Source of the DNA: Bacteroidota bacterium | Lineage (GTDB): Bacteria; Bacteroidota; Bacteroidia; NS11-12g; UBA955 | Length of the DNA stretch: 64,000 nucleotides | Direction of reading: 5' to 3' | Assembly (NCBI GenBank): GCA_040386935.1 | Contig: JAZKEQ010000029.1 | Span: 21,431 to 85,430, forward strand | Part shown: positions 50,311 through 59,800 of the stretch, piece by piece | How the letters are laid out: each line of letters begins with the position of its first letter | How positions within the stretch are numbered: position 1 is the stretch's first letter | The notes under the pieces: generated by a model | What the model was told of the DNA's origin: nothing | Database searches by the model: none | Seen by the model: the letters and a program-made list of their open reading frames with translations, nothing else | Made by a program: the position numbers and the translations under genes

Positions 50311-52473
50311 TTGCTTATGCGTGTCTTTTTTATTAAATTTGCGTTTACAGTGAAAAGTATTGGCCTATTATTGATTTCGCTATGTTGTCTGCAGTCTTTG
50401 TTTGCAGCTCGACCTTCTGTACACGCTTCAAATTTTACAGCATCAAATATTACTTGTAATTCGGTACTGTTGAATTGGGTGTATGGGGATGGTGCAGCCC
50501 GAATAATTGTAGCCAGAGAAGGATCTGCTCCATCGTTCATACCTTCCGATATGACGGCTTACAGTGCCGATAATCGTTTTGGAAAATCAACGGACATGGG
50601 TTCCGGTAATTTTATTGTTTACAATGCAGGTGGAACAAACTTTATCAGAATTGATAGTTTGAAAACAGGCAGAACGTATTATTTCACGATTTACGAGCAC
50701 GATAATAATGCAGCAAATACCCTTTACTACACGACCTCTCCGCCAACTGTTAGTGTTACCACACATTCTATAACCCTCGATTTCAATATTTTTTACAGAG
50801 ACAGTTGTCAGATTAGGAATTTATATGAATTTGATAATAACTCAACTTCTACCATTCCCGGCATCAGTTATAGCTACGATTATGGCGATTCTTATACAGG
50901 ACCGGCTCCTACAACAGGTTTGGTAAGTCACAGTTATACAATATCAGGTAATATACAGGCACGACTCATTGCAACGCCTTCATTGGGGTGTGTGAATACG
51001 ATGGCAAAGCCTGCAAGGGTTTATAGGAAAAAGAATGCCTATATTGATTTTTCAAAATTCAAGGACAGTATTCAGTGTATTGACGGCAACTATTTTGTCG
51101 TTGGACCAACACCATATCCTTCGCAATTGCCCGTTTTTTATCGCTACAATTGGTCGCATGGAGATGGAACATTTTCTGATTTTGGTGTAATGAAGAAAAC
51201 GTATAACAAAAGCGGAAGGTTTACTGTTCAGGTTGAAATCAAAACATTTACACTAAAAGGAGATACGATAGGTTGTGATGATACTTTGAGATTTGATTTG
51301 GTTGTTTTACCTAATCCTACAAAAGGCGCTATTTACGATACAGTGAAATGCAAAAAATACAATCTCTTTAATTTCACTAATCAAGATAATAATCTCACTT
51401 ATTTCAAATGGTATTTTGGTGATCAGGATTCAAGTGATTTAAAAACAGTAACACATAAGTATGCCGATACAGGTAAATACACAGTAATGCACGTGGCATA
51501 TGCCAGCACAGGGTGTAAGGGAAGGGATACATTCGATATAAGGGTATTGCCTGATGTTAACCCCAACTTCAATGGCCTCGATCCAACTTATTGTACTTCA
51601 AAAAATATTGTGACACTGCTCCCTGATTCAGTAGGAGGTGTATTTGAGGGGTATCAAGTAGATAACCCCGGCTATACTTTTGCGCCTACTACACCAGGAC
51701 AGTATAAGTTGAGTTATATATACAAGACACCGTTCTGTTCCGATACAATGACTAAGGATTTCGAGATTTTTCCAACTCCTGTACCAAGTCTTGGACGCGA
51801 TACGGCTATATGTTCTGATGTGCCATTTACCTTAGATGCTAAAATAGCAGGGAGTTATCTTTGGAGTGACGGATCGACTAACAAAGATTTAACAGTTACT
51901 GGCACCGGCAATTATTGGGTAAAAGTAAGCACTCCTTACTGTTCAGCTTACGATACAGCCTCAGTTGTTTTCTCTACAGAACCCATCATTGATTTTGGGT
52001 TAGATACTTCAGTATGTAAAGGCAATGCACTGACATTAAGAGCAACTAATCCAAAATCCACTTATTTGTGGCAGGATGGAAGTACCGATAGTTTGTATTT
52101 TGTATACAGCCCGGGAAAATATTGGGTGCAGGTAACCAATCCTTGCGGTGTAACAACAGATACGATTTTAGTGTATTTCCAAAGCGATTATTGCGATTTG
52201 TTCATGGCCAATGCATTTTCACCCGACAACGACTTGCTGAATAATGAATTCAAGCCAATGGGGAAAAATATGACCGTGAAATTGTTTCAGATATATAACC
52301 GCTGGGGGCAGTTAATTTTTGAAACAGATAAAGACAATGTCGGTTGGAACGGTCAATACAACGGCAAAGAAGCTCCTCAGGATTTATACCTTTGGAAATT
52401 GTTCTACACCACACCTAACGGCAGGTATATCAAAAAGAGCAATGCCGCTGGTACTGTTCTGTTAATTAGATAA
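50311..52473 (+). CDS. Secreted PKD-repeat protein with a T9SS type B (gliding motility-associated, CHU_C) C-terminal sorting domain. The true start may be GTG 50350.
   Basis: Signal peptide. Repeated PKD-like W/Y-x-F/Y-GD motifs are present (YSYDYGDS, NWSHGDG, KWYFGDQDS). The C-terminus (FMANAFSPDNDLLNNEF...NRWGQLIFET...GWNGQYNGK...LYLWK) matches the type B sorting domain. Confidence 0.7.
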   Translation: MLMRVFFIKFAFTVKSIGLLLISLCCLQSLFAARPSVHASNFTASNITCNSVLLNWVYGDGAARIIVAREGSAPSFIPSDMTAYSADNRFGKSTDMGSGNFIVYNAGGTNFIRIDSLKTGRTYYFTIYEHDNNAANTLYYTTSPPTVSVTTHSITLDFNIFYRDSCQIRNLYEFDNNSTSTIPGISYSYDYGDSYTGPAPTTGLVSHSYTISGNIQARLIATPSLGCVNTMAKPARVYRKKNAYIDFSKFKDSIQCIDGNYFVVGPTPYPSQLPVFYRYNWSHGDGTFSDFGVMKKTYNKSGRFTVQVEIKTFTLKGDTIGCDDTLRFDLVVLPNPTKGAIYDTVKCKKYNLFNFTNQDNNLTYFKWYFGDQDSSDLKTVTHKYADTGKYTVMHVAYASTGCKGRDTFDIRVLPDVNPNFNGLDPTYCTSKNIVTLLPDSVGGVFEGYQVDNPGYTFAPTTPGQYKLSYIYKTPFCSDTMTKDFEIFPTPVPSLGRDTAICSDVPFTLDAKIAGSYLWSDGSTNKDLTVTGTGNYWVKVSTPYCSAYDTASVVFSTEPIIDFGLDTSVCKGNALTLRATNPKSTYLWQDGSTDSLYFVYSPGKYWVQVTNPCGVTTDTILVYFQSDYCDLFMANAFSPDNDLLNNEFKPMGKNMTVKLFQIYNRWGQLIFETDKDNVGWNGQYNGKEAPQDLYLWKLFYTTPNGRYIKKSNAAGTVLLIR

Positions 52474-52481
52474 AATTTTAT

Positions 52482-53717
52482 TTACTGTCCCTGAATAAGG
52501 ATAGTTTCTTCAATGATGTTGCAGCATTCATTTACCTGGTCTTTGGTAATTGTTAATGGTGGTGCAAATCGGATGATGTGATCATGTGTTTGTTTAGCCA
52601 ATAAGCCGTGGTCTTTCAGTGCAATGCAAACATCATAAGCTGTTTTGCCATTGGCATAAGGTGCTACGACAGCTGCATTCAGTAAGCCTTTGCCGCGAAC
52701 CGCAGTGATTAATGGCGAATTAATGGCTTTCAGTCTTTCTCTGAAGAGAACACCCATTTCATACGCGTTTTCTGATAAGCGTTCTTCTTTTACAATTTTG
52801 AGTGCTTCCATCGCAACAGCGCAAGCCAGCGGATTGCCGCCAAATGTGCTGCCGTGTTGACCCGGTTTTAAAGTCAGCATCACTTCGTTGCTGCTTAAAA
52901 CTGCGGAAACAGGTAAAATGCCACCACCCAATGCTTTGCCTAAAATCAGAATATCCGGTTTTACATCTTCGTAATCACAAGCCAGTAACTTGCCGGTACG
53001 GCCAATTCCTGTTTGAACTTCATCCGCAATAAATAACACATTGTGTTTTTTGCAAAGGTCATAGGCAGCTTTCAGATACCCTTCATCAGGCACAATAACA
53101 CCAGCTTCACCTTGTATAGGTTCAAGCATAAAGCCTGCAACATTATTGTCTTGTAAAGCTTTTTCAAGCGCCACTAAATCATTGTAAGGAATGATTTCAA
53201 AGCCGGGAACTAGCGGGCCGAAGTTGTTATAACTGTCTTTGTCAGCACTTGTGCTAACAGCCGCAATGGTTCTACCCCAAAAGTTATTTTCTACAAAAAT
53301 TATTTTCGCTCTGTCGGGTGCAATGTTCTTTACTTCATATCCCCATTTTCTGCAAAGTTTGATGGCTGTTTCGCCACCTTCAACACCGGTATTCATTGGC
53401 AATACTCTGTCGTATCCAAAATACTCACAGATAAAACGGGCGTATTCTCCTAATAAATTATTGTGAAATGCGCGTGATGTCAATGTCAGTTTTTTGGCTT
53501 GTTCTGTAAGCGCATTCACTAATCGTGGGTGACAATGGCCCTGATTGACAGCGCTGTATGCTGAAAGGCAATCGAAATACTGTTTGCCTTCAACATCCCA
53601 TACATATACTCCTTCACCTCTTTCAATAACTACCGGTATTGGGTGGTAATTGTGCGCATTGTAGGTGTCTTCGAGCACCATGAAATAGTCGGAGGTTGAA
53701 TTTGTATGGGTCAGCAT
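52482..53717 (-). CDS. rocD: Ornithine--oxo-acid aminotransferase (class III PLP aminotransferase).
   Basis: It is 411 aa with an OAT pattern ([44 protein letters not shown]; the lysine region [11 protein letters not shown]). Confidence 0.85.
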   Translation of the reverse strand: MLTHTNSTSDYFMVLEDTYNAHNYHPIPVVIERGEGVYVWDVEGKQYFDCLSAYSAVNQGHCHPRLVNALTEQAKKLTLTSRAFHNNLLGEYARFICEYFGYDRVLPMNTGVEGGETAIKLCRKWGYEVKNIAPDRAKIIFVENNFWGRTIAAVSTSADKDSYNNFGPLVPGFEIIPYNDLVALEKALQDNNVAGFMLEPIQGEAGVIVPDEGYLKAAYDLCKKHNVLFIADEVQTGIGRTGKLLACDYEDVKPDILILGKALGGGILPVSAVLSSNEVMLTLKPGQHGSTFGGNPLACAVAMEALKIVKEERLSENAYEMGVLFRERLKAINSPLITAVRGKGLLNAAVVAPYANGKTAYDVCIALKDHGLLAKQTHDHIIRFAPPLTITKDQVNECCNIIEETILIQGQ

Positions 53718-53733
53718 AATAGTTCTGCAAAGG

Positions 53734-53770
53734 TAATAAAAAAGCCCCGGATTGCAGGAATCAGGGGCTT
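53734..53770 (-). terminator. Rho-independent terminator downstream of sucD, on the minus strand.
   Basis: The hairpin is aaagcccctgattcctgcaatccggggcttt. It is followed on the minus strand by ttttttatt. Confidence 0.6.
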
Positions 53771-53793
53771 TACAAAAATTATAAATTGAGGTA

Positions 53794-54684
53794 TTAAGCG
53801 TGGGCTTTGCTTCCCAGTACTTCTAACATTTTAGCGCCTATTTCGGCAGGAGATTCAACAACGTGGATACCACATTCACGCATAATGGCCATTTTAGCAG
53901 CAGCAGTATCATCTTTGCCACCAACAATAGCACCGGCATGTCCCATTCTACGACCGGCAGGAGCAGTTTGACCGGCAATAAATCCTACAACAGGTTTAGT
54001 GCCATTGGCTTTAATCCATCTGGCTGCTTCAGCTTCCATGCCTCCACCAATTTCACCTATCATAATGATGCCGTCTGTATCGGGGTCATTCATTAACATT
54101 TCAACAGCTTCTTTAGTACTGGTGCCAATTATAGGGTCGCCACCGATACCGATAGCAGTGCTTTGTCCTAATCCGGCTTTAGTGATTTGGTCAACTGCTT
54201 CGTAGGTCAATGTACCTGACTTAGAAACGATGCCAATTCTGCCCGGAGTGAAGATAAAGCCCGGCATGATACCGACTTTAGCACCACCCGGTGTCATAAC
54301 ACCAGGGCAATTAGGGCCTATTAATGTGCAAGATTTGTTTTGGATATATTCTTTAACCTTCACCATGTCTTTTGTAGGAATACCTTCGGTGATACATACA
54401 ATAACAGCGATACCTGCATCAGCAGATTCCAAAATGGCATCAGCTGCAAAAGCAGGTGGAACGAATATGATGCTGACATTGGCCGCAGTAGCGTTTACCG
54501 CTTCCTGAACAGTATTGAAAATAGGTTTACCCAATTCAGGGTGATTTGTTCCGCCTTTTCCCGGAGTAACACCACCAACTACATTGGTGCCGTATTCTAT
54601 CATTTGACTGGCGTGAAAAGTGCCTTCTTTACCTGTAAATCCCTGAACGATTACTTTTGAGTCTTTACCAACTAATACTGACAT
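53794..54684 (-). CDS. sucD: Succinate--CoA ligase subunit alpha.
   Basis: The CoA-binding Rossmann N-terminus is present ([15 protein letters not shown]). The phospho-histidine loop region is present (GHAGAIV). Confidence 0.92.
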   Translation of the reverse strand: MSVLVGKDSKVIVQGFTGKEGTFHASQMIEYGTNVVGGVTPGKGGTNHPELGKPIFNTVQEAVNATAANVSIIFVPPAFAADAILESADAGIAVIVCITEGIPTKDMVKVKEYIQNKSCTLIGPNCPGVMTPGGAKVGIMPGFIFTPGRIGIVSKSGTLTYEAVDQITKAGLGQSTAIGIGGDPIIGTSTKEAVEMLMNDPDTDGIIMIGEIGGGMEAEAARWIKANGTKPVVGFIAGQTAPAGRRMGHAGAIVGGKDDTAAAKMAIMRECGIHVVESPAEIGAKMLEVLGSKAHA

Positions 54685-54781
54685 AAATATTTGATATTAA
54701 ATTTTTGTGCGAAATTAAGTGATAATGTTTAAAATTGAATGCTGTAAACATTTAATTTTGTAAAATTTATAAATCAGTTCA

Positions 54782-55252
54782 ATGGACTTTGAAACATACA
54801 ACAATCTGGTAGAATCAACTCTTGGTTTTTTAGGCCTGAATCCCGCAGAGGCAAGAAGTGAAGAAAAAGGCCAATGGCTGATCTTCAATGGCGATACAGA
54901 AATCTATATCGACCTTTGGGAACAAAAACAACAAAGCGCCTGGCTGTATTTTGAAAGTGACCAACCCCTCTATATATTTCAAATAATTTCACCTATTTGT
55001 TATCTGCCAACCATACATATGGAGCAGTTTTATGAAGAATTGCTGCACAATAACCTCAATATGCTCTATGGTTCCTATACCATTAATAAGGAAGAAAATG
55101 TATTGGCAGTGAAATTCCGCAGAATTTGCAATGGTTTGAAACAGGAAGATATCGTTGAAGCGATAGAAAGCATCGGCTATTATTCCGAATCTACCTTCAA
55201 AGCACTCAGCGAACGTTATGATGTGGCCAAAATAGAGGTTGAAGAAAATTAA
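54782..55252 (+). CDS. YbjN-like (T3SS-chaperone-fold) domain protein.
   Basis: It is an acidic, soluble 156 aa protein. The pattern (WLIFNGDTEIYIDLWEQ...LYFESDQPLY...EQFYEELLHNNLNMLYGSYTINKEENVLAVKF) is typical of the YbjN fold. Confidence 0.4.
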   Translation: MDFETYNNLVESTLGFLGLNPAEARSEEKGQWLIFNGDTEIYIDLWEQKQQSAWLYFESDQPLYIFQIISPICYLPTIHMEQFYEELLHNNLNMLYGSYTINKEENVLAVKFRRICNGLKQEDIVEAIESIGYYSESTFKALSERYDVAKIEVEEN

Positions 55253-55329
55253 TTTTTTTTCAGACTTAGGCAACCTCAGGGCACCTTTCTTCTTCTTCTA
55301 ATGGAATAAAGATTCAAAAACTTGTGTAA

Positions 55330-55878
55330 ATGGCGATTTTTAATGCGGAAAAACTCAGTGGTATTGTAAGGCAATGCATTGATAATGACCCAAAAGCACA
55401 AAAACAGTTATTTGACATATTGTCGCCAAAAATGTATGCCATTTGTCTGCGTTATGCCAGACATTCGGATGAGGCCAAAGACATTTTACAGGAAGGATTC
55501 ATCAAAATGTTCAAATATCTTGACCGTTTTGAGGGAAAAGGTTCTTTTGAAGGCTGGGTAAAACGTATTTTTATTAATACAAGTATTGAGTTTTACCGCA
55601 AAGCGCAAAAAGAAGCCGGAAATAATTCACTTGATCAGGCAGAAAATCAACCATTTGATGCTCAGATACTCTCTAATTTAAAAGTAGATGATTTGATGCG
55701 GATAGTGCAAGAACTGCCAACCGGTTACCGCACCGTGTTCAACCTTTTTGTTATAGAAGGATATGGGCACGAGGAAATAGCCCAAATGCTCAGTATTTCA
55801 GAAAATACAAGTAAGAGTCAATTGTTCAAAGCCAGGCAACATTTACAAACGATAATATTAAAAAGAAATTTAAGGTGA
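55330..55878 (+). CDS. ECF-type RNA polymerase sigma factor (sigma-70 region 2 plus region 4).
   Basis: Region 2 is present (LFDILSPKMYAICLRYARHSDEAKDILQEGFIKMF). The region 4 HTH is present (LPTGYRTVFNLFVIEGYGHEEIAQMLSISENTSKSQLFKARQHL). Confidence 0.85.
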   Translation: MAIFNAEKLSGIVRQCIDNDPKAQKQLFDILSPKMYAICLRYARHSDEAKDILQEGFIKMFKYLDRFEGKGSFEGWVKRIFINTSIEFYRKAQKEAGNNSLDQAENQPFDAQILSNLKVDDLMRIVQELPTGYRTVFNLFVIEGYGHEEIAQMLSISENTSKSQLFKARQHLQTIILKRNLR

Positions 55879-56765
55879 AAAATAATATAGACATATCAGA
55901 ATTTGACAAGTTTTTCAAGGATGGCCTTGAAAATGCTATGCAAACGCCTCCTGCAGGTGTTTGGGAGAGTGTGTCAGGTTCATTGACTACATCTGCTGCA
56001 ACTACAACTGCCGCAGTTGTTAAAACAGCTTTATGGCTTAAAGTAGGTGTTGCCATTATTACTACTTCAGCAATTATTCTGGGTACTGTTTATTTAACAG
56101 ATTCAGAAAAAGAAACCATGCCGGCTGTTCAGGTACAGGAAACCCCTGTAAATCCAACAGTAGAAAATAATACACCAACTCCATTGGCTCCAATTGAAAA
56201 TCCTGCCATCACACAAGCAGACCAGCCAGCTGGAACTAATGGGAATAATACATGGATTGATGTTTCTTTCCCTCCAAAGAAGAGTGAAGAACCACAAACC
56301 AACTATAATGAAGTACCGACTGATGCACCTGTAAGTAATCAGCAAACTGACTATAATTCACCTGTTACATTCCCTGCTGATGTTGCTCCGATTTTACCTA
56401 AAGCGGTAGTAAAGAAAAAAGACACCTCAATTTTAAACGGTGTAAGAGATGGAAACGAAGTGGTAGAAAATGATCATATCGTTATTAAAACCTCTGACAG
56501 TGTGCTGATTATTCCAAATGCATTTACACCAAATGGCGATGGCATCAATGATACCTACACGATAGACATAAAAGGGGAAACAAGTGTGAGAATAGTAGTG
56601 TTAGATCGCAATGGCAGTAAGATTTTTGAAACAACAGATAAAACAAAAGGTTGGGATCCAACAATTGACAATTATCCTGTTGGTACCTACTATGTGGTCG
56701 TGTACTATAAGTTCCCAAATTCACCTGAAAATAAGCACAGCCAAACCATCATTTTAAAACGATAA
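55875..56765 (+). CDS. Sigma-coupled single-pass membrane protein. It has an anti-sigma-like cytoplasmic N-terminus, one TM helix and a Pro/Thr-rich linker. Its C-terminus is a T9SS type B (CHU_C) sorting-like domain.
   Basis: Its GTG overlaps the sigma stop (GTGA). The N-terminal motif FDKFFKDGLENAMQTPPAGVWESV is common in Bacteroidota anti-sigma partners. The TM helix is LWLKVGVAIITTSAIILGTVYL. The C-terminus (VLIIPNAFTPNGDGINDTYTI...TKGWDPTIDNYPVGTYYVVVYY) matches the gliding-motility C-terminal domain. Confidence 0.6.
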   Translation: MKNNIDISEFDKFFKDGLENAMQTPPAGVWESVSGSLTTSAATTTAAVVKTALWLKVGVAIITTSAIILGTVYLTDSEKETMPAVQVQETPVNPTVENNTPTPLAPIENPAITQADQPAGTNGNNTWIDVSFPPKKSEEPQTNYNEVPTDAPVSNQQTDYNSPVTFPADVAPILPKAVVKKKDTSILNGVRDGNEVVENDHIVIKTSDSVLIIPNAFTPNGDGINDTYTIDIKGETSVRIVVLDRNGSKIFETTDKTKGWDPTIDNYPVGTYYVVVYYKFPNSPENKHSQTIILKR

Positions 56766-56819
56766 AAAACGACTTGTAAACTTCAATAAATTAATCTAAT
56801 ATAGCAACTTGAAATTATT

Positions 56820-59800
56820 ATGAATATAAAGTATCAAATAAGCAGATCCCTGAAAGCATTCGGCCTAATGGCAGTCTTGCTCTTGGGTGTTTCATCTGTA
56901 AAAGCACAATGTACCATTACCACCTCAGGTCCTCCCTGTGTTAACCAACCAATTCAGTTTTTTTGTAACACAACCGGTGCAAGTAATTACAATTGGGACT
57001 TTAACAGTGAAGGTGCAAACACATCGCTTTGTAACCCCTCTTTTGCATTTAGCACTACAGGAACCAAAACGATAACATTAAGCCTGAAGCTGGCCAATGG
57101 CAGTACCTGTAACGCTACAACTACAATTGTAGTGAAAGGTGCTCCTGTTATTGATTTTGTAAAACTCTCAGATGATACAAGTTGCTTTTTTGGCAACTCG
57201 TTTTGTTTTAGAGATGATACAAAACCGGTAGACAATGGCGGTTGTATCAAATCCATCAAGTATGTGTGGAGTGATGGTGAATTGATTACAGTGTCAGGCA
57301 CAGCACCAACAGGTGTTACAATGCCTAATTCATTTTGTAAATCATTTACCAACCCTGCCGGTGGTACTTACGACTTGTTAATTGAAACTGAAGATTGTAA
57401 CGGTTGTATTTCCCGTAAAACTTTTCTATCTATTTGCGTAGTAAGAGCTTCAATGGGTTTGACGTTCTCATCTCTCAGACCAAAGGCTTGTGATAGTGTA
57501 AAATTAACAGTAACAAATGCTTCTTTAATAGATATTAAAGATATTGACTCATTCCGATGGGATTGGGGTGATAGTAAATTTACTTCAGGTAAAGGCGGAA
57601 CCGGTGCGCCAAATTGGAAAACAACGGTATCTCACATGTTCTATACTCAAGGACCAAATGCAGGTGAGTTCAATACGAAATTAACTGTTTGGTCTAAATT
57701 CGGTTGTAAAGAATCTTTCACATTTTTCTCATCTGCAACCAATTTGAAACTTGATCCTCAAATTATAGCGAGTTTTGATTCGGTGTGTTATGATGATCCT
57801 GTGATTGATTTTACTATTAAAGGCGGAGTGATACCTCAGGGTGTGAGTCCGGTGTTCAACTATGGTGACCCTGATTCAGGGCCGTTGAACATTACTAGAC
57901 AGTGGGTAGGGAATCATAGTTTTACTAAATCAGGACCATTCAAAATTAAATTTACCTATAATCACCCAATATGTGGTAATAGAGAAATATATGACACAAT
58001 TCTGGTAATAGGGCCGGAATCCAAAATTGAAAAAGCGTTCAACTGGTTAGTGGATTCATTGAGATACCAGTGCGTTATTAAAGATACTGTTAAATTTAAA
58101 AACTTCTCTGTATTCTACCACAACGATAGAAAATTCAGAGATGATGACAGTACTTTTGTATTTGGAGACAGCTTATTATACGATGTTAAAAAAGACACCA
58201 TCATTTTAGGCAATCCTACATTCGACAGAAATTACATGGTGTGGTTAAAACCGGGTTTCAATGCTCCATTAACCCACATATTCAATTCTAAATCCGGACA
58301 AACTTCAGTTGATGCGGCTCCTGCCAATCAAAGAGGAAATTCTTGTATATTCAGAGTATGGGATTTTGATGATGATTTTTGTGAAAAATGTACCACTGAT
58401 ACCAAAAACGGTATTAATACAGTTCTCAAAAATTGTAAGTTCTCAAAAGACTCCTTGCCACAACACTGGTATACACCTTGGGATTCCATCTATCAAACAA
58501 GAAACAGTACACGTGCTGCTAATGGTATCAGATACAATAAAGACTCAGGTCTTTGTATTCAAACCAAAATATGGCCGGATGACTCAATGGCAATTATCAG
58601 ATATACCACATTGTATTATGGCAACAACGTATTGGGAAAAAAAGCAAAAGACTCCTTAATATATGCAGGTATCAAAAATAAAGTAATGGTGCCATCATTT
58701 ATTGCCGGACCAGCACGGTGGGATGCGACATCCGAGGCCCCGAGGTTCTATCTAGGGCGAACGGACACCATGTACCTCGACAACAATAATGGTATTACAC
58801 CTAACATGATAAGAGGTCTGCGTTATCAAACCGTACAAATTGGACAATCATTGATCCTTAAATCAAAAACTGATACAGCCTTCTTCAACTATTGGATAGT
58901 AGATGTATTGGATACAATTGCGAATGATCTTGTTAGACCATGGCACAATGTAGTTTCAAGAATGAAAATGCAAGGATATAATGCTACAGATAGTTTAGAT
59001 CCGGCATTACACAGACAGAAATTCTATGAAGGAACTACTGTTAGATGTTTCAACGTTCGCTTGTTCCAGAAAGATATGTGTCACGCTTTAGCTTGCGAAA
59101 ATCAGGCAACAGCTCAATTGGCTTTGATGCCTCCTAGTGCTAAAAAATTAAGAAAAGATGGTATGCAGTGTTTGGGTGGTAGCCAGGATAATTATGGTAT
59201 AACCTTTATTCTGTCTGATACTAAACCGGGCTGTACACGTACTTATGCACAGATAAATTACGATACAGCATTGAGTAAATTTGGATGGGTGGATGCAATA
59301 GGCCCTAACTTGGCTGGTGGTTCAATTGCAACAGGTAATCTACCTCCTGTTAATCCTCCATACTTGGGTTATGACTTAGGCGGACCTGCCCCATCACGTT
59401 TCTCAAAACAATTTACAACTGACGACTTTAAGGATTCACTTACAGGTTATATCAATGTTGGTTTAATCGTAGGTACAGGTATGTGGAGAACTCCAAACGA
59501 CCCTCCTATAGATGACCTGAACTACCCTGCTACTTGTATTGATACTGTTTACTATCCAAAATTCGCTCGTTTCCCTGTATTGGATAACAGATTCAGAATC
59601 ATCAAACCTAAACAAGGTCCTGAGTTTACTAAAATATGCAGAAAAGATACTTTGTGTATGACTTTGATGCCACGTAACAGAAGTTATATTCCTGATGTTG
59701 AAGAGTTAAACTGGAGCTTATCTGCAGCCAACGTTGGTAAATACTTCGATAAGTACTACACAATGCAAGTAAATGAATACTATGAGCGTTTTGCTAAAAA